A stretch of DNA of 64,000 nucleotides, taken from positions 16,740,001-16,804,000 of the forward strand of contig NW_027361684.1 of NCBI RefSeq assembly GCF_039654945.1. The letters run 5' to 3'. A program made the translations under genes and the position numbers. Below are positions 62,854 through 64,000 of the stretch, in pieces (the stretch's first letter is position 1; the number at the start of each line of letters is the position of its first letter). The stretch is from Dendrobates tinctorius (taxonomy: Eukaryota). The notes below the pieces were generated by a model. The model had not been told where the DNA came from. It did not search any database and was given only the letters and a program-made list of their open reading frames with translations.

Positions 62854-64000
62854 AGTGATCATTTGTTTTCACTGAACAACCTCTCTAATGTTTCAAGTTT
62901 TGGCCGGGGAGGTCCACCCTTGTAGTGTCTATGGCGGTCCCTTTAGTACCTAAGAGGTGTTCCCTCTTCAACGTTCATTCACAGTGATGGCTCCTTCCCT
63001 TACCCCTATCACTCCAATTGTTGGAGTACACGGCCCTTCTTTTTCTTTGGAGGTACAGCAATGCCACTCTCACTGCCTCAATGATAAAAACAGGCCCTCA
63101 ACTTCCCTTCCCCAGCAGTCGCAGCAGTCTCCTGCACTCTCCCAGTATTCTAGCAGACTCCCTAGTAGTCACAGCAGTTACTTCCAGATCCCCAGAAATC
63201 ACAGTATCCCCTCTATCTTCACAGTAATCTCAGAAGCCCCCCTACATCTGTGGTTGTCACTGCCTCGGCCCCTATTTTGTGTGCATTCGTAGCGGTACGT
63301 CATCCCACGTCCCTAGCAGACACAGATGGACTCGCAGCTCTCTCTCCTGGTAGTCACATGGCTAATGTCAGTGACAACCAAGGAGCCAGGCCCACTTGTT
63401 AGGGCTGATTTTGTCAGTAGCCAGGACCCCCTGGCCCAGTAATGTGTCAGGAGTGCGGAGGTTATCGGTGGGAATCGCCCTGCTCTGCGCGTAGCAGAAA
63501 TAAAAAAGTGGTTACATTGTGTGTGAGTTGGTGGATTCCACGTGTGTGCGCGCTGTCGTCACACCGCTTCCATTGTAATGCTTTGTATGGCCGCCTGACG
63601 CCCCGCGCACTTGACATGTACTTCTTACCGCGGTAGATGGATGTGCGGATCCTAAAACTCCGATACACTGGACACTGAATTTGCAGCTTACGTTGTTTTT
63701 TTTTGTTTTTTTTGTTTCCTTATTTTTTATAGAGTCCGCCTAAAGGCAATCTGTCAGCACAAAGTGACCGTTCTGATTCTGACCCAGCACTGGCTGCTCC
63801 TTTCCACTTGTTTTCCATCTTTCTCTGCCCTCCTCTTACTTCATTGACATAGATGGATTTACTGGAGGCAGCGAAAGGAAACCATGCGGAGGGAAGGCGC
63901 AGTGAATTCCTACGGCAAACCAAGCGTTCACTCAGCGCCTCTACTTGGTTTGATCTTTTCTTTTTTTGTGTGGACAGGATCCCTTAATTTTTTTTTATCA

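Noticed and set aside
63400-64000. Possible BLTP2 exon 2
   Set aside because: I could not find a frame resembling the expected continuation with a proper acceptor; it probably lies beyond the window.

Overview
Repeat-rich vertebrate genomic DNA, most likely from a frog (inferred from gene content and transposon families). It holds three host genes in the same order and orientation as human 17q11.2. SUPT6H is on the minus strand: a putative non-coding exon 1 near 29.6-29.75 kb plus 10 coding exons from 13194 down to 2403, running off the left edge. SDF2 is complete on the plus strand (3 exons, 218 aa) and sits head-to-head with SUPT6H on a shared CpG-rich promoter. BLTP2/KIAA0100 is represented by its first coding exon only (55967-56034), which the ORF track missed. 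Nearly everything else is transposon or tandem repeat. This includes a full-length, lightly mutated DIRS1-type tyrosine-recombinase retrotransposon, an older DIRS relic, and an intact DD36E (Incomer-type) Tc1 transposon. Also present are a Penelope-like element with inverted arms and hammerhead-ribozyme-like cores, a TTAA-flanked piggyBac-like element carrying a ~380-bp satellite, and a 2.9-kb hAT-like foldback just upstream of BLTP2. Decayed Tc1, Gypsy and L2 copies, chained palindromic MITEs and about nine minisatellites make up the rest. I found no wholly new biological system. The best leads are the apparently functional Incomer transposon, the DIRS element and its possible splicing into SUPT6H, the ribozyme-like motifs, MITE chaining at shared target sites, and transposon-seeded satellites. 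All coordinates were read by eye and may be off by a few bases.
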